Positions 1 to 15,464 are shown, counted from the stretch's first letter. The stretch: DNA of 64,000 bases from the human T2T-CHM13v2.0 reference genome, Homo sapiens (GCF_009914755.1 NC_060925.1), one strand, 5' to 3'. The notes: a model not told the origin generated them from the sequence alone. Translations and numbers: made by a program.

Positions 1-779
1 AAAAGAAAGCAAAGTGGCAGAAATACAGTTAAAAGGGCATGCGGCTACCAGAGGGGGCAAGCCTTATAGACGTTGTTCAGGATCATGGGTTTCATCCTAA
101 TTGCAATGGGAAGCCGCTGGAGAATTCTGAGCAGAGGGTGACATAACCAGAATGGTGGGTTTTAAATGATCCTTCCTTATAATGTGGAAAACTATTCTTT
201 TAAATGCAAGTATGCAGACAAGGCATTATGCAAAAATATATTAGGGTGATTGCATAGAGAGTAGGGTTTTTTCTCCCTTGTCAAAAATTCCCCAATCCTA
301 TTTCTGACACTTCATATGAAAGCTGCATGTGCAGTCTTATTATTATTTTGCAAGCCTGGGGCTTAGGCAAAAAAAGACAAAAAATCCCTAATTCTGTTGA
401 CACAACATTCCCTACTTTAAAATAGAGAAAACAGTTATCCTACAGAGAGTAGCTGTGTTTTCTGTGAAACATTGTGACCCACAAATGTAGGAGACTTTAT
501 GCACAGAGTGGGGAGGCTTGGGAAGGAGGCTGTTATCTTACGAAATGGGCTACGGGGTGGGGTAGGAGGTGAAAGTGTGTTATCGACCTCGATCAGAGGT
601 TCCTTTTCCAGTGGGTGATAAACCATCAAAAAGAGCTTCCTGTTGATGTTACAGATGTTATAACTTCACTTATCACTGTTTGATCTCCCCTTGCATCCTA
701 CCCTCGGGGCAGGAGTCTGTCAGCTCAAAGCAGAGATAAGGGGGCCACATGTCCCAGGGCTTGGCAGTTGGAGCCCTGA

Positions 780-1162
<383 letters not shown>

Positions 1163-2275
1163 AAGAGTCTTTTGGAGCAAATCATCTTCTCATCATCGGC
1201 AAGTGTTTGCATGTAGTAGGGAGTGGACACGATGCATGTATACACCATGCATATGTAACACAGCACCTTAATTCACTCATTTATCCATGCCACAAACATG
1301 TATCGAGTACATACTAGGTACAGGCACAATCCCGGCTGGTGGGGATACAGAGAACAAGACAGACTTCAATAATTCTGACTTTGCTATTTAAAGCAGAGTT
1401 GTGGATGACATGTAATACACAAAACCATGAGATTTTAGAGCAGAAAGGATGCTGGAAATGATCTAATCAAAAATTCTTACAATGAGATATAAGAAAAATG
1501 TAGTCCAGAGGGGATAAATGCCTCAGATTTTTAGGTCATTGAAGTTCAAGTCAAGTGGATTTTCTACTAAACTCTGGTGCATCTTATAAAGATAGAAGCA
1601 TATTGCTGCAACGCAGTCCTAGCAAGAGTGTGCACAGAAGTGTAGCTTAATTAAAGGAATCATTATCTCTGATACATGATAAAAATGCCGCATCATTGTC
1701 CTTAATCAACTGAAGATCTCTAAAATGACACTGAAATATGTGTGTTCAAAGATCTTTAACAATCCTATGATCTTGTGAATCTTGGAGTAGCATCATGGAA
1801 GGTTCTGGTCCAAGAGTGGTCCACACAGAGGCTAGAGCTGTATGAATGTTACGTGACATTGGATGCTGCCATATCTACACTGGGTTCCTGTGAATGGATA
1901 ATAGAAATAGCAGGCCAAGCATCTTGGCATGATCCCCACAGTTAGCTGTAGCTTGAATTGATTACTTAGTGTCCATGGCTGAGTCAGGAGCAGAGCGAAG
2001 TGTGTATTGACACTGGCAGGGCAAACCTAGAGCAGGTGGAGAGCCCAGTTAGGAAATCACTCCACATGGCTCCCAGTGTTCTGCTTTCCTCAAATCTTGA
2101 GTAATAAAGAGGCTTCATGTTTTTAACATGAACTATGCAAAGGGAAGCAAACTGCAGCAATAGACGTAGTTCCACAGTGAGCTGTGATACATCAACGGGT
2201 CATAAAACACTGAAAGGGACTCAGCCCAAGGGGTGGCTTTCTGACTTGCATTTAGAGAATAAAAATGTTAATAGC

Positions 2276-2572
2276 GGCTGGGCGCTGTGGCTCATGTCTG
2301 TAATCCCAGTACTTTGGGAGGCTGAGGCGGGTGAAGCACGATGTCAGGAGTTTGAGACCAGCTCCTGACCAGCATGATGAAACCCTGTCTCTACTAAAAA
2401 TACAAAAATTAGCCAGGTGTGGTGGCACTCACCTGTAATGTCAGCTACTCAGGAGGCTGAGGCAGGAGAATCGCTTGAACCCAGGAGGCGGAGGTTGCAG
2501 CGGGCCGAGGTCGCACCATGGCACTCCAGCCTGGGCAACAGAGAGAGACTCCGTCTCAAAAAAAAAAAAAAA
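2276..2572 (+). mobile_element. AluS
   Basis: Full dimer, A-tail, TSD gttaatagc. Confidence 0.95.
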
Positions 2573-3469
2573 GTTAATAGCTACCATCTGTTGTTCACTA
2601 CAGAAAGGACATTCTGTTAAGTGCTTCACTTACTTACTTATATTATTTAACCTTAAACAACCTTATGAGATTTAAAAAATATCAGATATTTATTATTAAC
2701 CCAATTTTACAGATGAAAAAACTGACAATCAGAGAGGTTAAGTAACTTTTCCCAAGTCACCCAGTTGCCAAGTAGTGGAACCAGGATTGAAACCTGACTA
2801 TATCTAACTCAGAAGCTATTACTCAAATTGCACCAGGCAATTTGTTCACAGCAAGGGACTGACATCATAGAGGCCTACAAATCTCTGTTTTCTTTGTCTG
2901 TTTTATATCTGGGTCATTTTATCCTCCTCCCATTCTTCTTTCCTCTTAAGTTTCTATTTTGGGATTTTAGGCCCTCCAAAGAGCCTGAAATCAGCCTTCC
3001 TTCCCTTCCTGCTGTTATCCCACAAACTGTAACAGCCATTTTTGGTTGGCCTCATTTGATGCTTAATGACAAAGAAGTTGTCCTCAAAAATTTATTCTTA
3101 TCTATTGCCCAACGTCCCCTACTCACTTAATCTTTGAATACATCACATATAGATTCACAGATGAGCTAGGTTGGAAAGTATCTTTGCTAATATCTAGAGA
3201 CCTACTTCTTCATTTTACAGAGGAAGAACATGAGTCCCTTTAGGGAAAAACAAATTGTCTGAGCTCATGTGGCACATTGGTGCCAGAGCTGGGACTTGAT
3301 CTTAGGCCTCTTAACTCCTCCTTTAGTGCTCTTTCCACTCTACCTGGCTGCGTGTGTATTTGTGGTATCTAAATGTGTGCCACAGGGAGAGAAAGAGATT
3401 ACTAATCTCCTCCATCTACACAAACTGTCTGTACCAGGGAGCTGGGCAGAGCATGGCCAAAAGAGACAG

Positions 3470-3690
3470 GAGGCATTATCTCTCCCTTCACCCTGCTGTA
3501 CTCAACGAGCGAGATTGCTATCTTCTGAGTGGCAGTGCTCCCGCCTTGTTGGAAATGTTGAAACACTTGTGACTGACCTCCAGTGACACAGAAGCTTCTG
3601 GGTAGGGGCTGGAGAAGGGTCGGGGAGATATTTCCGTTAGGACATCGCTGAAACACAGACTGGGATCAAACTGTGCTCATAGTCCTAAGG
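3470..3690 (+). promoter_or_regulatory. RHEX: Candidate RHEX alternative promoter / non-coding first exon
   Basis: Consensus donor AAGG|GTAAGT at 3690/3691 in non-repeat sequence. WGATAR sites on the - strand (ttatct 3476-3481, ctatct 3518-3523). The next RHEX acceptor is at 17774. The exon start is not determinable. Confidence 0.55.
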
Positions 3691-4470
3691 GTAAGTACTG
3701 TCTATGGAGACAGGATTTTAAATTAGTTTGAAGTGTGCATTTGTTTGCGAGCATATATGTGTAGAAGTTTTAGAGAGGATTCTCTGTTTATGTGCTGAGA
3801 TTCCAGGGTGCGGAATTCCACTTGCAATCAGCTTACAGTGAGCCTAAGATTACACTTTATGGACATGAATTTCTTGTGCCTGAGACCTGACATCTGTCTA
3901 CACTAGCAACAGCAGCCATTGGGGCTTCGGCCAGAAGGTACATGGATTTTGGGTCCAGCAAAAACTGGTTCCAAATCCTCACTCTGCTAAACTTTTGTGA
4001 GCCTCAGTTTCCTCATCTGTAAAATGGGCATAAAACACCCACCTTACAGGGTTGCTACATGGATTCAGACAATGTACATTTAGTGCCAGTACAGGCTCCA
4101 CCAATAACAGCTATGAAGTTTCCTTTTTAAGTCAAATGGGAACCAGATCTCACAGAATATCTTCCCCCATAAACATCCTATAGGAATGTTTTCCCTGAGA
4201 AAACACTCTGAGCAGCAAAGGACTAGTATGTGTGGAGGGAAGAGAGCCAGCCTGGGAGTTTTAAAATTTTATGAATAGAGGTCAGAGAATGTGCACCATG
4301 AAAGAAAAAAGCCATGCCAGCATCTGGACAAGGAAAAGCTAATAACAGCACAAAACAGAAACAGTCGACCCTTATATAGAGCTTAGTATCTGCCGAGGAC
4401 TGTTCAAAGAATTTTACGCAGATTGGCCCATTTATTCCTCACACCTAAAGACGTAAGTGCTACTAACAGC

Positions 4471-5143
4471 CTTATTTTCCAGTTGAAGAAACTGAGGCGC
4501 CATGGTGTTAAGGGACTTGACTGAATCAGTGAAAGAAAACTCTTCTGGAGAATTTCATTACAGAAGAGTTAGATCAGGCTTTTCTCCATCTCTCCAACCT
4601 GGGAGGGGCTCAGACAATGCGGTGCTGGGAAGCATGTATCAGGTACTCAAGGAAGACTTGTTGATTGGCTGATCCTGCTTCTCGTTCTGTGTGTTGACCT
4701 ATTTTGTGAGCTTTGGCAAACTACCCAATTAAATGCCTTGAGTAGGATCTGTTACATAATTGGTGGCACACAACGCAAAATGAAAATCTGGGGTCCCTTA
4801 CTCAAAAATTGTTACGAATTTAAAGATGACAGCCACAAAGCATCAGGCCAATCATGGGGTCCTTGTGAGCACAGGGCCCTACTAGTCTGCACAGGTTACA
4901 AGTCCATGAAGCCAGCACTGGCCCTGAATCCTGACAAGGAGGCAGGAATGGTACTGGAAGTTTCCATGGTCTCATGTAGCCCTCCTAATAATTCTGAGCT
5001 CCCCCCAACCCCCGGGTTGGAGAGATGGAGAAAGGCCTGGTCTAACTCTTCTGTGCTAAAGTTCTCCAGAAGAGTTTTCTTTCACTGAATCAGTCGAGTC
5101 CCTTAACACCTTGCTGCCTCAGTTTCTTCAACTGGAAAATAAG
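4471..5143. repeat. Long inverted repeat (arms ~4471-4614 and ~4993-5143)
   Basis: cttattttccagttgaagaaactgaggc...ctccatctctccaacc matches the reverse complement of ggttggagagatggag...gcctcagtttcttcaactggaaaataag, roughly 90% identical by eye. Confidence 0.92.
4743..4920 (+). mobile_element. MER91A-like hAT MITE in the inverted-repeat spacer
   Basis: gcaaaatgaaaat...ggggtccc...ctgcacaggttacaagtccatgaagccagcactg resembles the recalled MER91A consensus. Confidence 0.65.
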
Positions 5144-6387
5144 TCAAATAAAGAGACATTTGACTGCCCAATTGAAAGAGGAGAAAAGCGAAACTCTGAG
5201 ACATTAAGTGGCTCCCCCAAGGTTAAACATTTATTATATGCAAATTGATTTAATAGCAATGTGTACAGAGTGTTACACATTGAAATGCTTTTTCCATCCC
5301 TATCCCTGCCGTGTTTTTACGTACTGTGCTATGAATTGCGGAGTGTAATATATGCAGTCCCAGCCAACAAGATGCATAATCTATAGAGGGTGCATAATCT
5401 GTAGAAGGTGCCTAGTTTCCCTAAAATTTAGCAGGCCAATCGATGAAACAGAATAATTTGACCCCTTCTAATTCATCTGGAGCTTTGTGGGAACTAGCAA
5501 AATGAATCCATGAATACTGCTTGAGTAGCTTGCAACTTTTTGTGTTCTTGCTGATTTAGTCTTGGAACTAAGTTGCATCCACATTGCATTCATCTCTAGT
5601 AGTTCCTTGCAAAACTGCTTTCCCCAAAATTACTAATTAGAAACTCTGGATGACTTGCTTTCCTGCTAGAAATTGGCAGTGCTTGCACCTAGAAATAAAT
5701 GTGACTGGAGGTGTGGTTTATCTAGTTGAGGCTCAAAGTTGCTCTTTCTCACTTTTGAATCTCACTTTTTAGTCCATTTCAGAAAAATTCTAAAATAACA
5801 AAATGTCAGAACTGAATTGATTTAGCCCACTCCTCTCATTTTATAGACAGGGGAACTGAGGCTCAGGGAGAGGAAATAATGTGCCCAAGGAATGTATAAA
5901 GTTGTTGAACTGGAATGTTCATCTAGGTTCTCATGCCATATTCCAGATGAGCCCTAGCCTCATAACCACCTGGGGTGAGGACCCTGACATGGTGACCAGA
6001 GCCAAAGAGAATCCAGGAAAGATTTCTCTGATATGAGAATGAAGGTGATCCTGTAACCCTCTGTTGTCCTTTTCCCCATGATATTTGGCACACTCCATCC
6101 CTCCCTTTCCTCAGCCTGGCGTTTTGACCTTCTCTATTCCCTGGTGAGTGACTCATTGACAGTCATAGGAACAGGCATTGTTTAGGACCAGGGACATCGC
6201 AGGACCCCATGGTTTCGTACACTGTGTTGCTCCCACCTGAAAATCATGAGTGGGCCCAGTGTTCTTACAAGGCCTTATGGAAATGGGTGTGTTTATACAT
6301 TTAAGACAATTTTGAGTTGAATGTTCTGGTCCAAGGATCATCCTCTGGTACCTATATATGCCAGGCCCTCTACTGAGCATTTTCCTG

Positions 6388-6523
6388 TTTTTTTTTCTTT
6401 TTCTGAAGAATGGGGTCTCACTATGTTGTCCAGGCTTGTCTCAAGCTCCTGAGCTCAAGCCAACCTCCCACCCCTGCCTTTCTAATTGCTGTGATTACAG
6501 GTGTGAGCCACCACGCCCGGCCA
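6388..6523 (-). mobile_element. FLAM/Alu monomer
   Basis: Antisense left-monomer sequence preceded by a T tract. Confidence 0.8.
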
Positions 6524-6766
6524 GCATTTTCAATACTGAATGCAATGTGGTGAAGGCTCTGGCCTCAAACCATCTGTGTCTGAATTATGTCCCCTCCACG
6601 GGGGATTACAACCTGGTTTTCTCATATGTAAAATTGGGAGAACAATAGTATCTACCTCATAAGGTTGTTATTCTGAGGATTAAATAAGATAATTGATGCA
6701 AAATGTTTTTTATGATATAGCACATACATGGTAAACACAAGACGTGTGAGTTAAAAACATGAAACA

Positions 6767-7076
<310 letters not shown>

Positions 7077-7821
7077 TCATCCCCATTTTACAGATATAAC
7101 CCTGAAGCTGGAAAAGTAAAGCAACTCACAGCTAGGAAGGCCATAGCTGATGTCCTAAACACAATCTATTTGGCCACTGAGTCTCTACACCTGACCATTT
7201 GCCTATACTCGCTTGTGTGGTCGCTTTGCAGTATACTCAGCTGTTTCCACATTATGCTATTTACATGTGGTCAAATATAAATCCAACTTTGTTAGAAGAC
7301 AATCAATTCCACTAAAGCTGTCCCCAAAGCCAGGGTTGGCAAGACAACTTTAGCTAGATTGCTCTTCTCCCCTCCTTCCATCCATCTGTTGCCTGTCCTT
7401 CAAATAATTCCCTCTCAGTGACTCTTCCCTGAACATTCTGTCTCTTGGGGATCTCTTTTTCCTCTGAAATATAATGTATTATTGATACCACTCCTTCTGA
7501 CAATTCATTATTCTTCACCTGCGGCATCTCTTCTGCTTTTTGACTTTTCACATATTAATGCCTTGATTTTCCAAGTGCAAATGAACTCTTGAAAGTACAA
7601 ATGGCATTTTCTCCTTCACACCATCAAGAGTATTTCACACAGGACCATGTGCATGGACCACTCGATAAATATTTGATTGATTGAAATTCAGACATTTAGG
7701 TGATCATCTCAATGTTCTATTAACATGGTGAGATATAATTTATTTAGATAAATTTGGTGTCATGCTGATTTAAGGCACTCAGAAAATCTAGGCTTATTTC
7801 AATGTCTGAAAACTTTTTTGG

Positions 7822-8133
7822 CTATAGTTAATAACAACGTATTGTATTCTTGAAAACTGCTGAGAGTAGATTTCAAATGTTCTCACTACAAAAAATGATA
7901 AATATGTGAGGTTATGTAGCTGTCAATTCATTTGATTTAGCCATTCCACAATGTATACTTATTTCGAAACATGTTGTACACAATAAATATGGATAATTTT
8001 CACCAATTAAAAAAATAGGCCGGGTGCAGCGGCTCATGCCTATAATCCTAGCACTTTGAGAGGCTGAGGAAGATCACTTGAGCCAGGAGTTCAAGGGTGC
8101 AGTGAGCTTTGATCCTACCACTGCACTCCAGCC
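7822..8133 (+). mobile_element. Old L1M 3' end followed by an Alu monomer (8018-8133)
   Basis: tatagttaataacaacgtattgtattcttgaaa...gagagtagatt...ccattccacaatgtata is typical of an L1MA/MB 3'UTR, followed by ggccgggtgcag... Confidence 0.8.
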
Positions 8134-8427
8134 AATTAGGAAAAATTTTTAATTTATTTTTTATTAACTAATTAAACAATAAAAAATAAATATTTTTCTT
8201 AATTGGAAAAAATGCATGTTAATTGCAGAAAACTTTGAAAATGACAGAAAGTATAACAAATGAAATAAAACATCCTCAATCCCAATACCTGGTTTTGTTA
8301 ACACTTACATGTATCTTCTTTCATTCCCTCCATATGAATAAAGTGCATTTAAATAACATCCTAAACTTATTTTCTATAGATTCATATTTATGAATAAATC
8401 TATATTTGATAAACAAAATTATTGTTA

Positions 8428-9425
<998 letters not shown>

Positions 9426-10227
9426 TAAATACAATTGCATTGTATATTTTCGTAGAACAGATTTCTTTCTCCAGATGAGTTCTTCCTAAATGTAATTTTA
9501 AACGGCCATATGGTCTTCCATTCAAAGCCTCAATCCTCATTTCTTCAGTTTTTGTTTTTTTCTTTAGATTGCTTCCCATTTTTCACTTTTATAATGACGC
9601 TGTACAGAGCTCTTTTGCATAATAGCTTTGGTCTGTTCTGGATTGTTTGTAAATTGTGTGCTCTACACTCTTTACCCATTTGCTGTTTGGGGGCCCTAGT
9701 GTTTTTCTTAAAAATTTATATAAACCAAAGATGCAAAATCTTTAAAATAGTGGTTTGCCATACTAGTTTCAGTTTTTTTTTTTCTGTTTGCCTTTAAATT
9801 TTGTTAACATGTGAAGTTCTAATAGTTTAAAGCCAAATCTATTTTTCATGTATTTCTTTGTGATTTCTTCCATTGCATATAAACTGAGAAAGTTTTCTCT
9901 CATCTGGGGATTTAACAAATATTATTAAATATAGTAATATTCAATCCTAATTTCTTCTAATTTTAATGGCTCGATTTTAAAATATTTACCTCCTTAATCC
10001 GTTTGGAATTCATTTTGCTATCTAGGGTCTGGATCTAATTTATTTTCTTTTCCCTTACAGGTAGCTAACCCATTGTCTTGTGGGCAACATTTGTTAAATA
10101 ATGATTTCCTTTCCTCCACTTGCTTTGTGAACTACTCTTATAACATTTATTGTACACACAGGCATATTTTTTCAAGTCTACACTTCTCTTAAAAAGTGGT
10201 AGTCAGAAATCTACCTTACCACAATTC

Positions 10228-10613
<386 letters not shown>

Positions 10614-12053
10614 TAGAGTAACCTCAAGTTATAAAAAACTCACCATAATTTTTATTAGAATTATATTAGGCCAATAAATTAACTTTAAAAGTGATTTTTA
10701 AGTGTTACAGCTTCTCAACCTGAAATAGCATCTTTTTATGAGTTTGTCTTTCATGTCTCTCAATAAATTTTTATTATTTTCTTCAAAATAATTTTCTTAT
10801 AATTAATATTATATTTAGATATTTCTATTGTTGTAGTTGCTAAATCTCATGGTATTTTTCCCCATTTTATTTTATGTCTGTTGCTAATATAATAGTAAGA
10901 ATAGCTGGTAATTTTAGAATATTTATTATATCTACAGGACTTTACTGAGCAATCTCATTAATTCCTCTAGTTTTGCAATGCATTCTTTTGGATTTCTAGG
11001 TGTAAAATCATATATTTTGCAAGTAAGAATGAATTTGACTTCTCCTTGCCCAAAACTGTACTTTCATTTTGTTAATGTAGCAGCTGACAGCTCAGGCTCC
11101 AGCACCAGCCTGCCTGAGCACAAAGGCTGATGAACTGTTTTTGTCATCTTGAGCATATTAGGTAGCCTTTCTGTGTCTTAGTTTTGTCCTCTGTTAATTA
11201 AAAAATAATAATAGTATCTACCTCCTGGGGTGGTTGTGAGAATTGGATGAGTTAATGTATATAAAAATTTCTGCCACATAAAACATGCTCAGTAAATATT
11301 CAATACCCTTATTATTATTAGAGATGGGAGGAACTTTCCATTTCCAGAAATTATAACTTCTAGTACTCATTTCGGATAAGGGTTGCAGCATACACCCTTG
11401 CTCTCAAATAGCTGCAAAATAATTTACCATTTTGTCAGATACTGATTATTGGTGCAGTAATCAATACTGCACTGACTTACTATTCTTTATTATAGTAAGA
11501 AAAAATCCTCATACTTTTATTAACTTCAAAAATCAGTAATAAGTATTCAGTTTATCCAGTACATTTTGGCACTTTACCAAGATCATAATTTTAAAAATTT
11601 GCCCTATCAATATTGTATTTGTATTATATAAAAGACAGCTTCCTGACATGATTGGGATTTAGGATTTTGAGTCAGTTGGTTTAGGAAACATGAGTCTTCC
11701 AGCTGGCAACGTGGCAAATTTTTCAATCTTCCTAAGCCTTAGTTTCCTCATCTATGAAGTAGTGGTAATGTCTATTTTTGTAGAGTGAGAGGATTAAAGC
11801 ACATGGAAAATACCCAATGTTTGTTTCCATCTTTGTAATAATCAATTTCCTCAACATCCTGGGCTAACTTCTTGATATTACCATATATATATACCTCCAT
11901 ATTCATAAATGAGATGAACCCAAGAGTTTCTGTCTTCCTGTGCCCTGTATTGGCTTGTAGAATAATAATTATGTGTTCCTTAAAAGTTTGAAACTCCTCA
12001 TTTGTCAAACCATTTGGACAGGTATTGAGGAGGTAAGTCTGATAATGCTTCTA

Positions 12054-12263
12054 ATTTATTTATTTATTTATTTCTCTTTCTTTCTCTCTTTCTCTCTCTC
12101 TCTTTCTCTCCCTTTCTTTCTTTCTTTTCTTTCTTTTCTTTTTAATAGAGATGGGGTCTTGCCTTGTTGCCCAGGCTGATCTCCAACTCCTGGGCTCAAG
12201 CTATTCAACTGCCTCAGCCTCCCAAAGTGCTAGGATTACAAGTGTGAGCCACTGGGCTCAGCC
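12054..12263 (-). mobile_element. FLAM/Alu monomer with a (TTTA)/(TTTC)/(TC) simple-repeat tail
   Basis: Low-complexity tract 12054-12140, then an antisense left monomer. Confidence 0.8.
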
Positions 12264-13305
12264 AATGCTTTTAATTTCTAAATAATAATAGCTTGCATTC
12301 ATTGGATGCTTAGTACTATGTGCCAAAAGTTCTAATAACTATTTCACATAGCTCATCTAATTTCATCCTCAGAAGTAGTTATCATTTATATTTGTCTTAT
12401 CTAGTCCCGAAATTAGTTACTGTTCCCATCTTACATATTAAAAGACTGAGGCTTTGAGAGGTTAAATAGCCAGGCCAAGCTCATGCAGAGAATGAGCTGG
12501 GATTTGAACCCAAGCAGTCTGACTCCAGGTTCTTTGTCTTTAGTGGCTAGATACCATGCTCCTTCCTAAACTTATTTCTTGTTATTTTGGTTTGGTTTTG
12601 GTCTAAGCTTTCCGTGCCATATGGAATCAATTTTGTTAATTTATACTTTTCTAGGAAACTATCCATTTTACTGAGATTTCATCAAAAAAAATTTTGTAGT
12701 CTAACTTTTTTTAAAACCTCTTCTTTTTTTTGGTACCCCATTTTTGTTGAAAAATGTTAATCCCTTCTGTTTCTGAGATTAATAGTCCCTATATTATTAA
12801 TTTGGTTTATTTGTGTTTCCTCCTTTTCTTGATTATTGGAAACTGCATATTAAACTGGGAGAGAAAGTCTAGCAATGTGGAGGAGGCTGAATGTTACAAA
12901 ATGGAAATAAAGATTTTTTTATTTTTAAATTTTCCATTTCCATCCAGCTTTGCTTTCTTTTCGCCTTACTTCACCCCAGCCTTTAAAGAGCAGGATGCTC
13001 AGGGCTGAAAAGAGCCTTAGGAGTACTTTGCCAAGCTCCCTAATTCACCAGGGCCTAGAGGGGACATCTCCCTGTCCAAAGTCACACCGTTAGCAAGTGA
13101 CAGAGCCAGGAGAAGGCAGGCCCTAGCTCCCTTCTTTCCCCTTCTTTTGTTCTCCCTTCTTTTTGTTCTCTTTCCATTATACCTTAGCTAATGTTAAAAA
13201 CAACAAATTAATGGAGACAGCAAAGAAAGTTTACAGCTACTTCATTTGAAAAGATTAATAAAGTCAGTTGACAATGTTGATTATAATTACTTTGATCCAT
13301 ATGAT

Positions 13306-13608
13306 TTTTCTTTTTTTTTTTTTCCTTTTCAGACAGAGTCTTGCTCTGTCACACAGGCTGGAGTACAGTGGCGTGATCTCAGCTCACTGCAACCTCCGCT
13401 TCCTGGGTTCAAGCAATTCTCTGCCTCAACCTCTCGAGTAGCTAGGATTACAGGTGCCTGCCACCATGCCCGGCTAATTTTTGTATTTTTAGTAGAGACG
13501 GGGTTTCACCATCTTGGCCAGGCTGGTCTTGAACTCCCGACCTCATGATCCACCCACCTCGGCCTCCCAAAGTGCTGGGATTACAGGTGTGGGCTACTGC
13601 GCCTAGCC
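13306..13608 (-). mobile_element. AluS
   Basis: Full antisense dimer, TSD atccatatgatttt. Confidence 0.95.
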
Positions 13609-13904
13609 TAATCCATATGATTTTTCATAGAAATCATCTTCTATTGTGATCTTGTTTTAAACCGTTCTTTCTAGAATAAACCTATCCAAAGAAAGCATGG
13701 TGTATGGCAGGAAAGTGGGCATCTTTTTATTCTCCCCCTGATATTACGCTGTACCTATTGGAAAGGCCATGAGAAAGCTCCTGTATCAGTGGAGGAGGGA
13801 AACTTAATAAAATGGAATCCAGCCTTAACTCAAGTCTGAAGCAAACAAAATAAATGCTCTTAGCACTGGGACGAAGTAGGGTTTTTTTTGGTCGGGGGAG
13901 GAGG

Positions 13905-14019
13905 GACAGGGTTTTACTCTGTCACCCAGGCTCTTCTCAAACTCCTGGTCTCAAGTGATTCTTCCACCTCGCTCTCCCAAAGTGCTGAGATTACAAGCAT
14001 GAGCCACCGTGCCCAGCCT
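13905..14019 (-). mobile_element. FLAM/Alu monomer (partial second copy at 14778-14855)
   Basis: Antisense monomer with the atypical ggctcttctcaaactcc motif. Confidence 0.8.
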
Positions 14020-14208
14020 AAAGTTTGGTTTTGAGGTGCCTGGCAGGGCACTACATTAGTGTGGGGGCTGGATGTCAAAATTCAGCACAGTGGAAGAGGA
14101 CAGAACCGTCCCTACCTCGAGGATGGAACGAGGCACACCAAACCCTCACACAGTCCATGCGCTTTTTCACAACATAATTACCTTAAATTGCCCATTTCCT
14201 GGTTATTT

Positions 14209-14209
<1 letters not shown>

Positions 14210-14241
<32 letters not shown>
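14210..14241. repeat. (TG)n microsatellite
   Basis: About 15 TG units. Confidence 0.95.
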
Positions 14242-14242
<1 letters not shown>

Positions 14243-15464
14243 ACGTGCACGCGCAAATGAGCAGATGTCTCTGCTGATTGTCTGATCAGCAGTCTGCAAT
14301 TAGACCCCAAGGAACAACCTGCTCATTGTGGTTAGGGGCCATTAGCCACTTAAATAATGACATCTGTCATAATTTTCATACCTTGGATCTTATCTCCAAA
14401 CTGTACTCAAAACAAATGCCTAAGTTTTCTAAAATAGACCAATCCAATTTTTAATAGTTCTAGTCACCATCGTGGTGGAGGATTTTAGGGTTGAATAATA
14501 CCTAATAATTACTGAGTGCCTCGTATATGCCTGGAATTGTATAAAGGTCTTTACAAACAGCATAAATCACTGAGCTCATGCAAGAACTCTGTGAAGTAGG
14601 AAACTATTATTCTTCTCACTTTATAGATACTGAAATTATTAAACTGAGACACTGAATTCAATAATTAACATCTAGAAGGGAACTGAACTGAAATTAGTAT
14701 TTAAGAATGTTGGACGTCCGTATTATTTACTGTTTTCATTTGGATGAGCTGCTGTGTGTCATTTGGCTAGTAAGGGAGACAGGGTCTTACTCTGTCACCG
14801 GGCTCTTCTCAAACTCCCGGCCTCGGTGATCCTTCCACCTCGCTATCCCAAAGTGTACGCTCTGAGTATATGCTCAGAATATATTAAAATGTGGAAGATG
14901 GTGTAGGCAATCTAGTTTTGTATAAAGGGCCAAAATAAGGCATTAATCTTAAAATAATGGAACATATATCAAATTCAGTGATTCTCAACTGAGAGCAAAC
15001 CCTCCTACCTCAGGGGGCTTTGGAAATGTGTGGGGTCATTTGGGGTCCCTTTGGCCATTACACTGGCCTGTTACACTGGGGGGCTTTCAGGAGGCTCCAC
15101 AACCTGCCGTCTGCAAGACAGTTTTAGACAATAAGGACTTGTCTGGCTCCAAATGTCAGATACTACCGAGAAACACTGATCAAGGGCAATGGTAGGAATT
15201 CGAAATGATACCGTAAAACTCAAAGGTGGCAAACTCAAATGCCTTTAGGGATTAGTCAGGAAGTGAACAAATCATGTCCCAGTTTAGGGGCATACAAATT
15301 CAAATCACTAAAGCACTTCATCAGACAAAAATTAGGTGTCAAATGTGGCCTGTGGATCGCCTGGTTGGAGCCTTTTAGGGGAGGTTTTTCCTGACCAAAA
15401 AAACATGTTTACGATATATTAAGAGTAAAAAAATAGCTAACAATCTGTATGATTCCATGTTTTA

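Noticed and set aside
46-60. CTCF-like ctaccagagggggc at the window start
   Set aside because: Mismatches at key core positions, in L2-like repeat sequence.
5373-5411. 18-bp tandem duplication tgcataatct(a/g)taga(g/a)gg
   Set aside because: Simple two-copy slippage duplication with no further structure.
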